From the NCBI GenBank assembly GCA_024679065.1, contig JAGIQG010000008.1, forward strand, positions 76,322,001 through 76,386,000: a stretch of 64,000 nt of DNA, in the 5' to 3' direction. Both the position numbers and the translations under genes were made by a program. The notes beneath the pieces were generated by a model. That model was not told where the DNA came from, did no database searches, and saw nothing but the letters and a program-made list of their open reading frames with translations. Below are positions 50,391 through 63,199 of this stretch, in pieces (the first letter of the stretch is position 1; each line of letters begins with the position of its first letter). The stretch is from Sphyrna mokarran. Lineage: Eukaryota.

Positions 50391-50504
50391 AATCTAAAGT
50401 TGAGGTGCTGTTCCTCCAATTTGTATTGGGCTTTGCTGGAACAATACAGCAGGACCAAGAATGGATATGTGGACATGAGAGCAGAGATGTGTCAAAATGA
50501 TAAG

Positions 50505-50825
50505 GTTGAGGTGTCCAGAATCAGGGGTCAGAGTCTGAGGATTCAGGGTAAATGATTTAGGACAAAGATGAGGAAAAATGTCTTCACCCAGAGAGGGATG
50601 AGTCTATGGAATTCACTATCATAGAAAGTAATTGAGGCCAAAACATTGAATGTTTCCAAGAGACAGTTAGATATAGCACTTTAGGCGAAGAAGATCAAAG
50701 CATATGGGGGAAGGAAGGATCAGGCTATTAAGTTGGATGATCAGCCATCGTCATAATGAATGATGGAGCAGTCTCAAAGGGCCAAATGGACTCCTCCTCC
50801 TGTTCCTATTTTCTATGTTTCTATG
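50505..50825 (+). mobile_element. CR1 3' end fragment
   Basis: SRIRGQSL...FTQR..SLWNSL; ttctatgtttctatg tail. Confidence 0.8.
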
Positions 50826-52143
50826 GGACTGGCCAAGAAAACTGTGGCACAAAAATCAATATGTGGCATATTGATTTTGCGGACACAATTGAAGAATATA
50901 TTTTTCTTATCTTAGTGGATGCATATTCTAAATGGCTAGAAAAAATGATGGTGAAGTCAACTGAAAAGTCAATTGAATGACTAGCTGAACTATTTCTACA
51001 ATTTGGAAAACTGGATTAATTAGTGACATTGGAACTCAATAAGGACTAACTCAGAAAACATGGAGGGATGCAGCATTACAGAGTATTGTATTATCATCCT
51101 TCTACTAATGAATTGGCAGAGAGGCTGATGATGAAATTAGAATTCAATAGAAATCTGGAATTAAAAATCTAATGATGACTGTGAAACCATTGTCAATTGC
51201 TGTAAAAATCCATCTGGTTCATTAATGTCCTTTCAGGAAGGAAATCTGCTGTCCTTACCTGGTCTGCCTATATGTGACTCCAGACCCACAGCAATATGGT
51301 TGACTCTTAATTGCCCACATGGATGGGCAACAAATACTGGCCAACCAGCGATGCCCCCATCCTATGAATAATTTTTTTTAAAAATGAAGAATGCCACTGA
51401 AACATCAAATGATGAAGGACTATCAACAAAAAAGTAAACAATTTTCTCATATCCTACAGAAACACAACCCAAATCTCACTGGCAATATTGTTTTTAAAAG
51501 GGAAGTTGAGACCCAAATTTGATTTGATCTTACCAACTGATACTTCTACCATAGTAGAACAACTACAACAAAACCAAGTTACTTGTGTGAACAGACATCA
51601 AAACCAAGAGGTTTCAATCTAGGAGAAAGTGTTTTAGCGAGAAACTAATTTTCAAGTCAGAAGTGTGTACCTGCCACAATACTTACAAAGATGGAACTTA
51701 TTTCTTATACAGTGCAAACTGATAATGAGAAGTTTGGAGGAGCCACATAGATCAAATTCTTGCTTTAAAAAGAGAATTTGCAGAGTTGTTATCTGAAAGG
51801 CCAACATTTGACACTCAAGGTTTGAAAATCCCTAAACCTATGGTCACAATTGTGTCAAACTCAGATTCTATATCAGTTGAACCAACAATATCTGTAGAAG
51901 CTGAAGAAGAAACAGTTTTATCAGCTGAGTTAAGTTATGAACAGATTACTGAGAATATGAAAGCAAAACTCCTGAATGACAGCTTCTGCCTAAGCAGAAC
52001 CAATGTCCTTGTACTGATTCTTGTACTGATTGTATATATAAAAAACTGTATATAATGATAATTGGCAAAATATTTATTGCTCCTAGTGAGTAAGAGATAA
52101 AATTAATGTTAGCTGTTGTACTATTGGAGTAAAAGAGGAGGGA

Positions 52144-52370
52144 TGTTATGTATTGTAAACCAATGCATCCCTGTGTGGTGTGTTGCATGATTATGTGGTG
52201 ACAATATCCGAGGCATTTGGGAGATTTTCCTTCCCTTCCATCTTGGACGGTAAGCAAGCAACATGTATCTAATAAAGCTCCATGAACTGGTTAAGTAACC
52301 TACTGTGTGACAAATTTTTCATCCTTTTATCATTGCTGTGCAAGTGAGCTGAGCACATTAACATACAACA
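52144..52370 (+). repeat. Putative Gypsy 3' LTR
   Basis: Polypurine tract aaaagaggaggga immediately before TGTTATG, internal AATAAA, ends ...catacaACA (terminal inverted tgtt/aaca). Confidence 0.65.
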
Positions 52371-53914
52371 GTTTGTGCTGTACAACATCTTTTGGAGAGA
52401 TTTTAGAAATGCACTCCAGCTAGATCCATTGTCTGTCACTTGGCACAACCACCATTCATTCAAAGGTCTCAGTCCCTTGGATGTGAAAAGTGATGAGATA
52501 TTAATATTTGCACATAGATTATATGGATGAAAAACAGAAAAACTAACTAAGGAAAAGTCATTTTTTTGCTTTTCTGCATTTCCCCTGTCCACAGATCTGC
52601 ACAGGGGTACAGACCTGCCACTATGTCAAACTCACTTTCAAATGTACACTATGTGGTCAATTTTCTGAATCTGAAAAAGCTGCAGCACTGGAGCTCTCCC
52701 CTCCATCATCACACAGTGTGACAGTATTGAATGTTCTCTACTTCCTTCATTCAATGAGAGAAAGAGCTTCCCTTAACTTTTTTGTTTTGTGATAATTGTC
52801 ACTATCAGGCTGTTCTGTGTGTTTTGTCTAATTCCACCCCCTCCACTCCAGGCTCTAGGGCTTGAAGATTTTAGAAAATGTCTCATCTCCTATAGGTAAT
52901 TGTTAGCTTCTCTGGCTGAGCCTTTTTCCCTTCAGGTTGGCAACGAATACTGAATAGGCTGGTGGATTCTAGGCTGTTTCATTTTCTAAGCTGTTAACCT
53001 GCTATTTCATGGTGTTGCAAGCAATGTGTTGGGAAAACAAAAGAAAATGACACTCAACAGGTGATGACCGGCATGCAGTGTAGTGCTACTGAAAATGGAA
53101 AATAGTTGTGACATGTTGCTCAGTCTCATTTTCTGCAATTATTTTTCATTTGCGTACACTCTCAAGTTTCACCTTCCAAGCACACTTTCAGAGCTACTGC
53201 TATCAGGCAGAACACCATTGCTTCAAAGGCCCGCAATAAGGAGTCAGCCATCTTTGGCTGCCTCCACACATCTTCATAGCTTCACTTTGTTGCAGGTCTG
53301 CTCCCTATCTTTCACTTTGGGCTTTCTTTAACTTCAGCTTCCCTTGAAGTTCTGGGACCTTATTTCCTGTCCTTCTAGCTGTATGAACTACCTCCTTTGT
53401 GATGGCATTCTCACTTAGGTGTCTTGATCTGTATTTTTTGCACCATTTGGCTATGGTTTGATCCCTTTAAGGCAATTTCCTCTGTATACGTTTGTAGTGC
53501 CATTCTCTAGCTGAAGGAATGCTAGAAGGTAAACTATGCATTTGCCAGCTATGCACAAAAAAACAACCCCAGAAAGGCTGCAGCTTGCCGAGAACTATAG
53601 TTTTATGGTAATGGCAACAGCTTTCATGGCTCAGTGAGAGTTGGGGCTGCTTGTGTGAGTTGGGGGTGTCAGGGTTGGGCAGGTACGGAAGGTGACTCAT
53701 GAATGTTCAGGAGGGAACTTGGAAGCAGTGCTTTGGAAGGATTCAGTCACAGGGCTGTTCCAGCTGAGAATCCTGACTTATAGGACTCTTCGTAGGGTTT
53801 GACAGTTGCCTGGAGCTGCTGAGAGGAGATGCCTGAAAGCCACCCTGGTGCGCTCCAGCTGATTCCCAAAGCCCTGAAAGTTAACTGCCAGGTTGAAAAA
53901 TGTAGCAAATTTTC

Positions 53915-54370
53915 TTCAAGCTTCCATTGATCTTCTTTGGAACTGTGTAGAAGGTTGAGGATAGAATATTCAGTCTTATGGACTTAAAAATTAAAGGTGA
54001 CCAGCCGCTTAGGATATGCTTGTGGAATTAACAACTGTATTCCACAAAGTGTTCATCCATTCCCTGTTTCATCTCCCCACAGTAGATTGCATCATGGACA
54101 GAAATACAGTGGACTAGTGTTGGGCAACCTATGGCCCAAGGACCACCTGGTTAGTGATCATACCCAGTTTCAATCTTACGGCCCACATAGGTGAAGAAGG
54201 ACTGTTAGGTAGCCCACTCACCTGCACAGGCTGCCCATCACTGCAGTAAACTAAATTGAAAGAGGTAAAAATAAATCACTGCTTCACATGGAAGGTGTGT
54301 TTGAGGTGTTGGGTGTTGATAAACGGGAAGGTAAGAGAGCAGGTGTAGCATCTTTTGCATTTGCATAGAA
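53915..54370 (-). mobile_element. Old Penelope GIY-YIG region fragment
   Basis: Minus-strand remnants CKCKRCYTC, TFHVKQ*FI, TVGR*N (YIGET-like). Confidence 0.5.
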
Positions 54371-54679
54371 GTATATCTATCCATTTATCTCTCTCTATCT
54401 CAATTTCTCCCTATCACTTGTGCTCTCCCTCTCTATCTCACTCTACTTTTTTCACCTGAAGGTTGTGACACACATTGAGATCGGATTCTACAGTGCCAGC
54501 AAGCATTCTAGTTTGAATCTTCTAATTTGCTTTCCTGTTGAAAATCCACTAGGTAGAAGTATTGTACAGGTCACCAGGATTCTATGTGAGTTAAACTTGT
54601 TCCTAACTTAGTTCCACCTGCAATATGTATCCATTCCCAAGTCAACATCATGTATAAATAAGGGCTGGGAATATATGCA

Positions 54680-56550
54680 GCAAATGTGGAATACAAGGAA
54701 AGTAGAAAGAAATTTAAGCAACAAGTAAGGAGAACTAAAAGGGGTCACAAAGTGTCATTGGCTGGCAAGATTAAGGAAAATCCCAAGGCTTTTTATACAT
54801 ATATAAAGAGCAAGAGAGTAACCAGGGAGAGGGTTGGCCCATTTAATTACAGGGATGGGAATCTGATGTGGAGCCAGAGGAAATGGGTGAGGTATTAAAT
54901 GAGAACTTTGCATCAGTATTCACCAAAGAGATGAACTTAGTGGATGATATGTCTGGGGAAGGGTGTATAAATAGTTTGGGTCATGTTGAGATCAAACAGT
55001 AGGAGTATTGGGGTTTTTAAGAAAAATTAAGATAGATAAGTCTTTAGGGCCTGATGGGATATACCCCAGAATACTGTGAGAGGCAAGGGAGGAAATTGCT
55101 GGGGCCATGAGAGAAATCTTTGTATCCTCACTGGCTAAAGGGGAGTCCCAGAGGATTGGAGAATAGCTGATGTTGTTTAAGATGGGTAGCAAGGATAATC
55201 CAGGTAATTACAGGCCAGTGAGCCTTATGTCAGTGGTAGGGAAATTATTGGAGAGGATTCTTCAAGACAGAATTTACTCCCACTTGGAAATAAATAGATT
55301 TGTTAGCAGAAGCGGAATGGATTTGTGAAGGGGAGGTCGTGTCTTACTAACTTGAGTTTTTTGAGGAAATGACAAAGGTGTTTATTGAGGGTAGGATGTT
55401 GTCTATGTGGATTTCAATAAGGCCTTTAACAAGGTCCCTCATGGCAGGCTGGAACAGAAGGTGAAGTCGCATGGGATTAGAGCTGAGCTGGCAAGATGGG
55501 TACAGAACTGGCTGGGTCAGGGAAAATAGAGGATAGCAGTGGAAGGGTGCATTTCTGACAAGTAACGGTTCTCAGGGATCAGTGCTGGGACCTTTAATAT
55601 TAACAATATATATATAAATTATTTGGAGGAAAATGTAACTGATTTGATTAGTAAGTTTGCGGATGACACAAAAAGTTGGTGAAATTGCGGATAGCGATGA
55701 GGACCATCAGAGGATACAGCAGGATATAGATTGGTTGGAGACTTAGGTGAACAGATGGCAGAGAGAGGTTAATCCAGCTTAATGTGAGGTAATGTCTTTT
55801 GGAAGATCTAATACAGATAGGAAATATACAGTAAATGGCAGAACCCTTAGAATATTGATAGACAGAAGGATCTGGGTGTACAAGTACACGGGTCACTGAA
55901 AGTGGCAAGACAGATGGAGTAGGTCATCAAGAAAGCCTATGGCATGCTTACCTTCATTGGCCAGAGCATTGAGTTTAAAAATTGGCAAGTCATGCTGCAG
56001 CTTTGTAGAATCTTTGTTAAGCTGCACTTTTGGTTGCCACACTACCAGAAGGATGTGGACACTTTGGAAAGGGTACAGAGAGGGGTAACAGTGAATACCA
56101 ACTGACTGAGTTTTGTTGCCTGGTCTGGAGAGCATCAGCTATGAGGAAAATCTTGGCTTGTTCTCACTGGAATGACGAATGTCAAGGGGCGACCTAATAG
56201 AAGCCTACAAGATTATGAGAGGTATGGACAAAGTGGATAGTTTGAAGCTTTTTCCTGGAGTGGAAGAGTCAATTATTGGGGGGCATAGGTTTAAGGTGCG
56301 AAGGGCAAGGTTTAAAGGAAATGTATGAGGAGGCGTGTTTTTTACACAGATGATGGTGGGTGCCTGGAACTTGCTGCTGGGCTAGATAGTGGATGCAGAC
56401 ATGATAGTAACTTTTAAGGAGCATCTTAACAAATACATGAATAGGATAGGGAACGGAGGGATGTGGTCCCTCGAAGAGTAGGAGGTTTCAGTTGTCGGGC
56501 AGCAAGGTCGGTACAAACTTGGAGGGCTGAAAAGCCTGTTCCTGTGCTTT
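54680..56550 (+). mobile_element. Decayed CR1 ORF2 (RT) to 3' UTR
   Basis: IKENPKAFYTYIKSKR, GPDGIYPRIL, PGNYRPVSL, FVKGRSCLTN, QGSVLGP, KFADDTK, RGDLIEAYKIM. Confidence 0.92.
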
Positions 56551-57817
56551 TTAAAGATAATTACTGCAACCAAAAATCTGAAAATATTCCTATTATCAAA
56601 CTGTCTGTCTTCTTCCACCCATTATTTTTCAATTGAACAGGTAGCTAATCATATACATAGCTAGCTAGCATGAATAACATTTCTTTCTGTGTTGTATGTT
56701 AATCAAATTTTATGCCATTCACAAAATTCCAGGATATTGTATTAATAACTACATATAACAATGATACAAATATTCATGCATTATATAATTGCATTAGATA
56801 GGACCAATACTCTGAGTTCTTCTTTTCCTCAAAAAATGCATTTTGGAAATGGTATAAAATCTCATTGTTCGTTACCTGCCAGAACATTCATTGCTAACAA
56901 TTGAAAAAAGTGGATTTTGTTATGAGAGAACAAATGTATTATCTTTAAAAGTACAGAAAAGGGGTATGGGGACTATATGTTCTTCAGGGAGTACCAACAA
57001 CTCCAATAGAGGATGAATCTCATATTCAGCAGCTGGAAGCTACAATGGGGGGAGGGTTCAATAGGAACTCTCTGGATGAACAAACTACGATGACCTTTCT
57101 TTATCTGTAATTATCTTGCTATCATATTGGGCAACTGGGTAAAAGGCCAATTCTCTGAGTGCAGGACACTACTAAGTTTGAAAGAGTAGCAGCTCAGATG
57201 AGGTAAATTAGGAAGTTTGGTTAGCTGATGTCAAACTTATATTTTAAAGATTGGTAGATTGTAAAAGGAAATAAAAACAGTTGGGGATGGAGAAAATAAT
57301 TAGTGATAGGAAGAGATTTACAACTCAATATTCAGTTAGATGTGCAACATTATCGGACTGTATTTACTGTGTGACTGTAAATACAAAGAACTCTCAAATA
57401 TATCCTTGTGCATTTATCTGGGACCATTTTCCCTCTTTCAAGACAATATTATCCACTATATTGGACACTTCCATGGTGTGGAATATGCCTAGAATTTATG
57501 CACAGGTATATTTCCAATAATCAAATCTTAAAACCGTATTTCTTTTTGAACTTATTAAACCTTGTTCAAATTTCCAGCCTTGTGAGCATTTGACACTTCT
57601 GAAAAGTGTTAAATGTGATAACAGCACACTGTCTTACCACAACTGTTGGTAACAGGGACACATTCTGCACTTCAGTTCCTTCCTGATTCAAAATCTGTTT
57701 GCATTTACAGTGACAATGAGTCACACAGTTTAGGATTGAAATGAGCTCTGTGAGAAATCCTGTTTAATTATTGAGTAGACTGGGCGCAATGTAGAAAATA
57801 TCATCAACTTCCATCTT

Positions 57818-58196
57818 TAAAGTTTAAAGTTTTAAAGCTTAAAGTTTACATATTAGTGACACAAGAAAGCTTATGTTAATATTTTGTAATGAAGTTAATG
57901 TGAAAATTCCTGAGTCGCCACACTCTGGAGCCTGTTTAGGTACACTGAGGGAGAATTTGGCATGGCCAGTGCACCTGCCCAGCAAATCTTTTGGACTGAG
58001 AGAGGAAACCGGAGTACCTGGAGCAAACCAATGCAGAATAGAGAGAATGTGCAGACTCTGTACAGTGACCATGCCAGGAATCGAACCTGGAGCCCTGGCA
58101 CTGTCAGACAGTAAGAAGTCTCACAATAACAGGTTAAAGTCCAACCAGGACTTTAACCTGTTATTGTGAGGAAGCAGTGCTAACCACTGTGCCATC
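57818..58196 (-). mobile_element. V-SINE with alternative tail, carrying a Penelope hairpin insertion
   Basis: Reverse complement of 50092-50390 with (aaacttt)n tail; interrupted at 58108-58170. Confidence 0.85.
58108..58170. mobile_element. Minimal Penelope family A hairpin
   Basis: Perfect 23-bp inverted repeat ctcacaataacaggttaaagtcc (58120-58142 / 58148-58170), 5-nt loop. Confidence 0.85.
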
Positions 58197-58994
58197 CTAC
58201 TATACATTCTGCAAATAATAAATTATCAAATGGCCCAAAAGCAGGTCTTCATTTTAACTCAAGTGCAAAAACTACTTTCTATATTTTAAATAAGATCTAA
58301 CTTATGTTGAATTATAATGCAGAATAAACAAATTGTTTGGAAGAATTTGTCTAATTCTGAGAACATAGAGCAACCAGTTGAGTTATGTCCAAAATTTTCC
58401 ACAAGCGTGTTTTTCTTTTTGTTTTCCTAACATGAAACTGTTTAAACTCAGATTGTGGCGAGAAAAAAAAAAGTTAATAGCTATATTGCTTTGGCTATTA
58501 TGGCATCATCAAGAGATACTTAATGAATAAGAGACTTGGTACTCAGGGTTGTAGCCCTGTGGCACCCTGGTGCAATGCCGCAGTCCTTACATGCTTACTA
58601 CATGGCTGCTAGAAAATTCTTGCTGAGAGAGGGGTGGTTGCTCAGTCATGGATTCCATTGGTTCCTTAAACCAGGAGACTCTCTTCCGCTGCGCTGTTTT
58701 TAAGAGACGAAACCACATACATAATATTATTCATTTGACAAGTTTGTGCAAATGGATTGAAATGGAACTTTTCTTCTTCTGGCCACATTACCATTTGCAA
58801 TGCAAATGTTTGTCAATCCCACAGAGACTGATGATCCAAAGGGATGGTGCAAAAGATGATTGCACTTAAATTATATGAATATAATCGACTTTTAATCTAA
58901 ATGATCTACTAATTTAAACTTGAAACTTAAAATAAAGCAGGCATGATTGTGTCCCTGCTGTATTGGTTCTGGAGGCAGTGATGGCAAGACTGAA

Positions 58995-60003
58995 GGCCTG
59001 ATTTTACCATTGCGTTGTGCCTGCATTCAGCAATGAAAACTTGGTAAAATCGGGCCTGAGGTGAGTAGTGTGACCTGTGCCCACCTCTGCACCGGTTCCC
59101 CCTTTACCAAGACCCAAAAATGGCCACTATCAGGATTGCACCCGAAATGGGTGCAAAGGCCAATCAGATGCATTTGCGTGCATTTAAATTGCAAGAAATT
59201 TGACTTACTCACTATTAATGTATAACCTTCTCATGCCTAAACAAAACTTGTGCATTTATAGGCCAGCTATTAGATTTATCAACAAGAAATTTTGCAAAAA
59301 CTTTTTTTAATAGATTGGGCTGCACATCCAACTTCCCCAGCACTTTCCCCTTTACCAGCACGTTTGCTCATCCAGACTTGGCGCTAAACAGACATGCTCC
59401 ATATAAGTCTGATTTGGGCATTCCAGTTAGTGAGGAGGTAAGTGCCGAGTGACCAACTGCTCTTTGGTTGAGATCGGGAGGGGAGGCACTGGGAAAAGGG
59501 TTTGCTGCCACTCTGTTTGTGATCAGGTGTGAAACGCAGTCTGCTGCCACCCTGGTTGATATCAGTGGAGGGGAAAGTGAGTCCGCTGCCAGAGAAGAGG
59601 GGTCTGCTGCCAGTCTGCCTGAGATTGATGGAAGGGAATGAGTGGAGAGGCCAGCAACCAATCTGGGTGGTAGGGGGATACCGGGGACAGTAATGTTGTG
59701 AAGGTGGAGCAACATCTGTGGGGGTCGTAGGGTGGGGGGGGAACATTATCCAGTACAGGAGAGATGTGGCAGGGGAGGAGCACTCTATAATGTTTTTCTG
59801 TGCATGTTTAGTTGAAGGCACCAATCAGAGCTGCCAGGTTTCAAGCACGTTAAGTCTCACCCACACGTTGCTTCTGCAACGTGATTAGGAATTGCGATAT
59901 TTTTGCACATGGAGGTGCCTGAGAATGGGTCTAAAAGCCAGATCTGAAACTCTCCCAGTTTCAAGTTCGCCAAGCATTTAGAATCAAAATAGTATAGTAG
60001 GGC
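58995..60003. mobile_element. Non-autonomous TIR DNA element (copy 1)
   Basis: Starts ggcctgattttacc; both ends are inverted homologues of the ends of 61690-62575; contains the gagatcagtgg minisatellite. Confidence 0.6.
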
Positions 60004-60090
60004 GCTGACTGTCATTTTGTTGGGGCTGCATTGTGCCACTTCTGACATGGCTGGTCTGTCTCCAGCAACATCAGAAGGTGATGAAGGAGC

Positions 60091-60154
60091 GCTACTCTTG
60101 ACATCACACCTTCAACCTACTTATGTAGGTTGAAGGCGCAATGTCAAGAGTAGC
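60091..60154. repeat. 30-bp-arm palindrome with 4-nt loop
   Basis: gctactcttgacatcacaccttcaacctac-ttat-gtaggttgaaggcgcaatgtcaagagtagc. Confidence 0.9.
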
Positions 60155-61259
60155 ACTGTGCTTGAGATTGGGAAGAGGGTGGGTGGGGAAGTTGGGGAGG
60201 GAGGGGGTCCACTGTCACTCTGCTTAATATCAATGAGTGTAAAAGGAAGTGCCAGGATAGTCATTTGGAACACTCAAGTTTGGGCCACGAATGTATGTCA
60301 TTCTAGGGACAACAAGCATTAAGGAGGAAAAGGACCACACTCTCAACATGCAGCTAAAGTAATTTTGAATAACATCTGCAATTGCAAAATGTCTGGAAGT
60401 GGTCTGAAGTGTTCCTGGATCTCTGGAATTCACAGCATTTTTACAGAGCAAAGAATTATTGACTTGTGCATGCAAAAACTGCAATTGGTATGTGGGCTGC
60501 AATGGCACAGTATGATGATGGAGTGGAGGTGATGGAAGGGCCACAATACCCTTTGTTAACTTGGAGACAGATTTACTTATGCTCCTTGACAGTGGCTAGA
60601 GACATCTGGCAGGCTAACCAATGCAGCCAATGTTTTGGTCTGCATGCCGATCTGTATTCTCCGCTGCCCCATTGAGATGCTCACCTGAATTCTCTGCAGC
60701 AGTACTTGCCTCTGAAATTCCCTTCCAATGAAACGGCAAATGAGTCATCCATCCTAACATGGTTGGCGCCCACTCATGGCTCAGATGCTTTATCAAGCAC
60801 TGATCCCAATTCTATACAAGTCTCCAAATAAGTGCAGTGACAATATCTAAGCAATGGATGCCAGTCTAAATAAAGTGACAAGGCTTCATCCTTCCTTTCA
60901 TTGTGGCTGGGAATGTGGCAATTCTTGAAAGTCTATAAGCAGAAGATCAAATGGAAAAGGTTAGTGTAAGGGAAGGGATTCAGAGTGGGAAACAAAAGAT
61001 TAATGGCTATAGCATCAGAAGCTAGCTCATCGTGTCAGATTGCAAAATAAGAATGTGCTGGGAGTTAAAATGGGACATAAGGCAAGAATGTACTACCATT
61101 CTTGGCAATACGAGGTTTCAATTTAGCATGGTGTGTTCGCTGAGCACTGTGTGGGTTGCCTCTATTGTGGGAAAATTGTCTATGGACTGAATGACTACTT
61201 TATAGAACATTTCAGTTAAATTTGCAAGTGTGAGCTCATTTTTCCAATCCATGCCATTT

Positions 61260-62640
61260 TAGCTGCCCACTCCACTTCAACTCTGGCCTAGCTGAATCAC
61301 TCCTCCAATTAATCATTCCTTGAATGAAGCTTAACGTAAACTCGAGGATTACGACCTTGTCTTTTGATTTTATAGCTTTCTGCACTTAACATTGGGTTTA
61401 AGAATTTCAGATCATTACCACTGTCCCCAGATCTTCCGGACAGCAACTGTTAGCACTGGATCTGTTATCACCATTCACACCTCCTCCACATTCTGACTTT
61501 GTGTCTTTACTTGCACCATTGCCATTTTCTTCTTGTCCTGCACCATCATCCTTTTTGTTATTTACTCTCTCATACCTTCCACCCTGTCACTGACCTTCCG
61601 TTATATTCTTTCCTTCCCTTCCCAGCTACTTGTTTAAAACCTAATATTATATCTCAAACTTTTTCCAGTTCTATTGACCTGAAACATTAGGCCGATTTTA
61701 CCAATTTTTATTCGAAGTACTGGGTGGATTTGAAACTAGGAGTGTTTCAATCCGATTTTTAGACCCCTTCTCAGGTGCCTTCGTACGCACTCTGCCTATA
61801 AAAATATCAGCAATTCCGAATTGTGCTGCAGAAGGTTTAATGCATCCAAGATCCTGCAGCTCCAATCAGTGCCTCCAAATGGGCATAAGCAGAAAAAAAA
61901 TGGTAGAAATTGGCTCCCCTGCCACATTGCTCCTGGGCTGGATAATGCCTCCCTTTTGACCCCCCCCAGACATTGCCCCACCCCACAACATTCATGACCT
62001 CCTTATTCCTCCAATCCCTGCCGCCTCCCAGACTGATCATGGGCCCCTTCCCCCCTTCACTTCACTGATTTCAGACAGAGTCATAGAATCATAGAACCCT
62101 ACAGTACAAAAAGAGGCCCTTTGGCACATTGAGTCTGCACCGAACACAATCCCACCTCGGCCCCACCCTCATATCCCTACATATTACACCCACTAGTCCC
62201 TCTAACCTACACATCCCTGAACTCTAAGGGGTAATTTCTTAGCATGGCCAATCAACATAACCCGCATATGTTTGGGCTGTGGAACTTCCCATCCCCTTCA
62301 CTGATCTCAGGCAGAGTGGCTGCAGACTCCCCTTCCCCCCCACCCATCAATCTCATGCAGAGAACTGTTGGACCCATCTTCCTCCCCCCATACCGCTCTC
62401 AAGCAGTGAGTTGTTGGACTTACTGATAAATGCATTTAAATGGCCGTCACACTCATTTTGGATGTGGTCCTGATTGCGGCCATTTTTGAGCCGTGGTAAA
62501 GGGAGAACCGGCACGGAGGCAGGAGCGGATTGCGCAACTTGCCTCATGGGCACAACTTGAGGGTAAAATCGGGTCTGTTAACTTTGTTTCTCTCTCCACA
62601 CATGCTGCTTGTGTGCAGAGTATTTCTAGCATTTTCTGTC
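61260..62640 (+). mobile_element. Old Penelope family B 3' end split by a TIR element
   Basis: 'gacctgaaacatta' [insertion] 'tgttaactttgtttctctctccacacatgctg...tagcattttctg' rejoins into the family B terminus. Confidence 0.6.
61690..62575. mobile_element. Non-autonomous TIR DNA element (copy 2), with nested V-SINE fragment 62079-62285
   Basis: TIRs ggccgattttacc / ggtaaaatcgggtc. Confidence 0.7.
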
Positions 62641-62682
62641 CCTGTTAGATGAATAATGCTTTCATAATTTGCTTTAACTCAA

Positions 62683-62962
62683 GATCATTGAATCCCTATA
62701 GTGCAGAAAGAAGCCATTTGGGCCATTGAATCTGTACCGAATCTCTAACAAAATATTTTACTTAGGCCCTCTCCCCCACACTATCCCCATGATCCTTCAC
62801 ATTTGCCGTGGCAAGCTTAACTAACCTCACATCATAGGACTCAAAAGGGCAACTTAGCATGGCTATTTCACCTAATCTGCACTTCTTTGGACTGTGGGAG
62901 GAAATGGAAGCACCCAGAGGAAACCCACACAGACATGGGGAGAGTGCAAATTCCACACAGAC
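62683..62962 (-). mobile_element. 5'-truncated HE1/V-SINE
   Basis: V domain and CR1-like tail, no tRNA head. Confidence 0.8.
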
Positions 62963-63199
62963 AGATCTTAAGTTTTCAGAAGTTACAGTTTTCTGTTCCG
63001 TTTTGGGACACAGGCAATTGTGTATGGTTCAGCATTGTTAAAGATTATTTTTCTTCTCATTTAATACTTCCATTATTAATTTTCTTCTAAATGTTGAAAA
63101 AGAACATGACAGAGCTTCTGAGCATCTGGATTTGTTTGTAACACAACCAACAGTGAGTCTTTGCCTCTTGCTTGCCACCCAGACAGCAGATGAGTAAAA

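Larger units (their letters stand above)
49020..52370 (+). mobile_element. Decayed Gypsy LTR retrotransposon (RT end, RNase H, integrase, 3' LTR) with nested insertions
   Basis: RPQDIS*LRSSLGLMNY, VLVHFNP...CYASPFG, FHHYLYGRLFTLLTDHWPL, RLQRWSLILS, HANADAL, HIDFAD...LILVDAYSKWLE, YHPSTNELAER. Confidence 0.88.

Noticed and set aside
46960-52370. Gypsy gag and pol as one element
   Set aside because: They are on opposite strands, so they are treated as two separate relics
53100-53510. Possible ancient pogo/Tigger transposase on the minus strand
   Set aside because: Only vague PEL..KL and GS..WL fragments; not supportable without a profile search
60230-60800. Further Harbinger transposase relic
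   Set aside because: Motif-like pieces are too degenerate and not colinear
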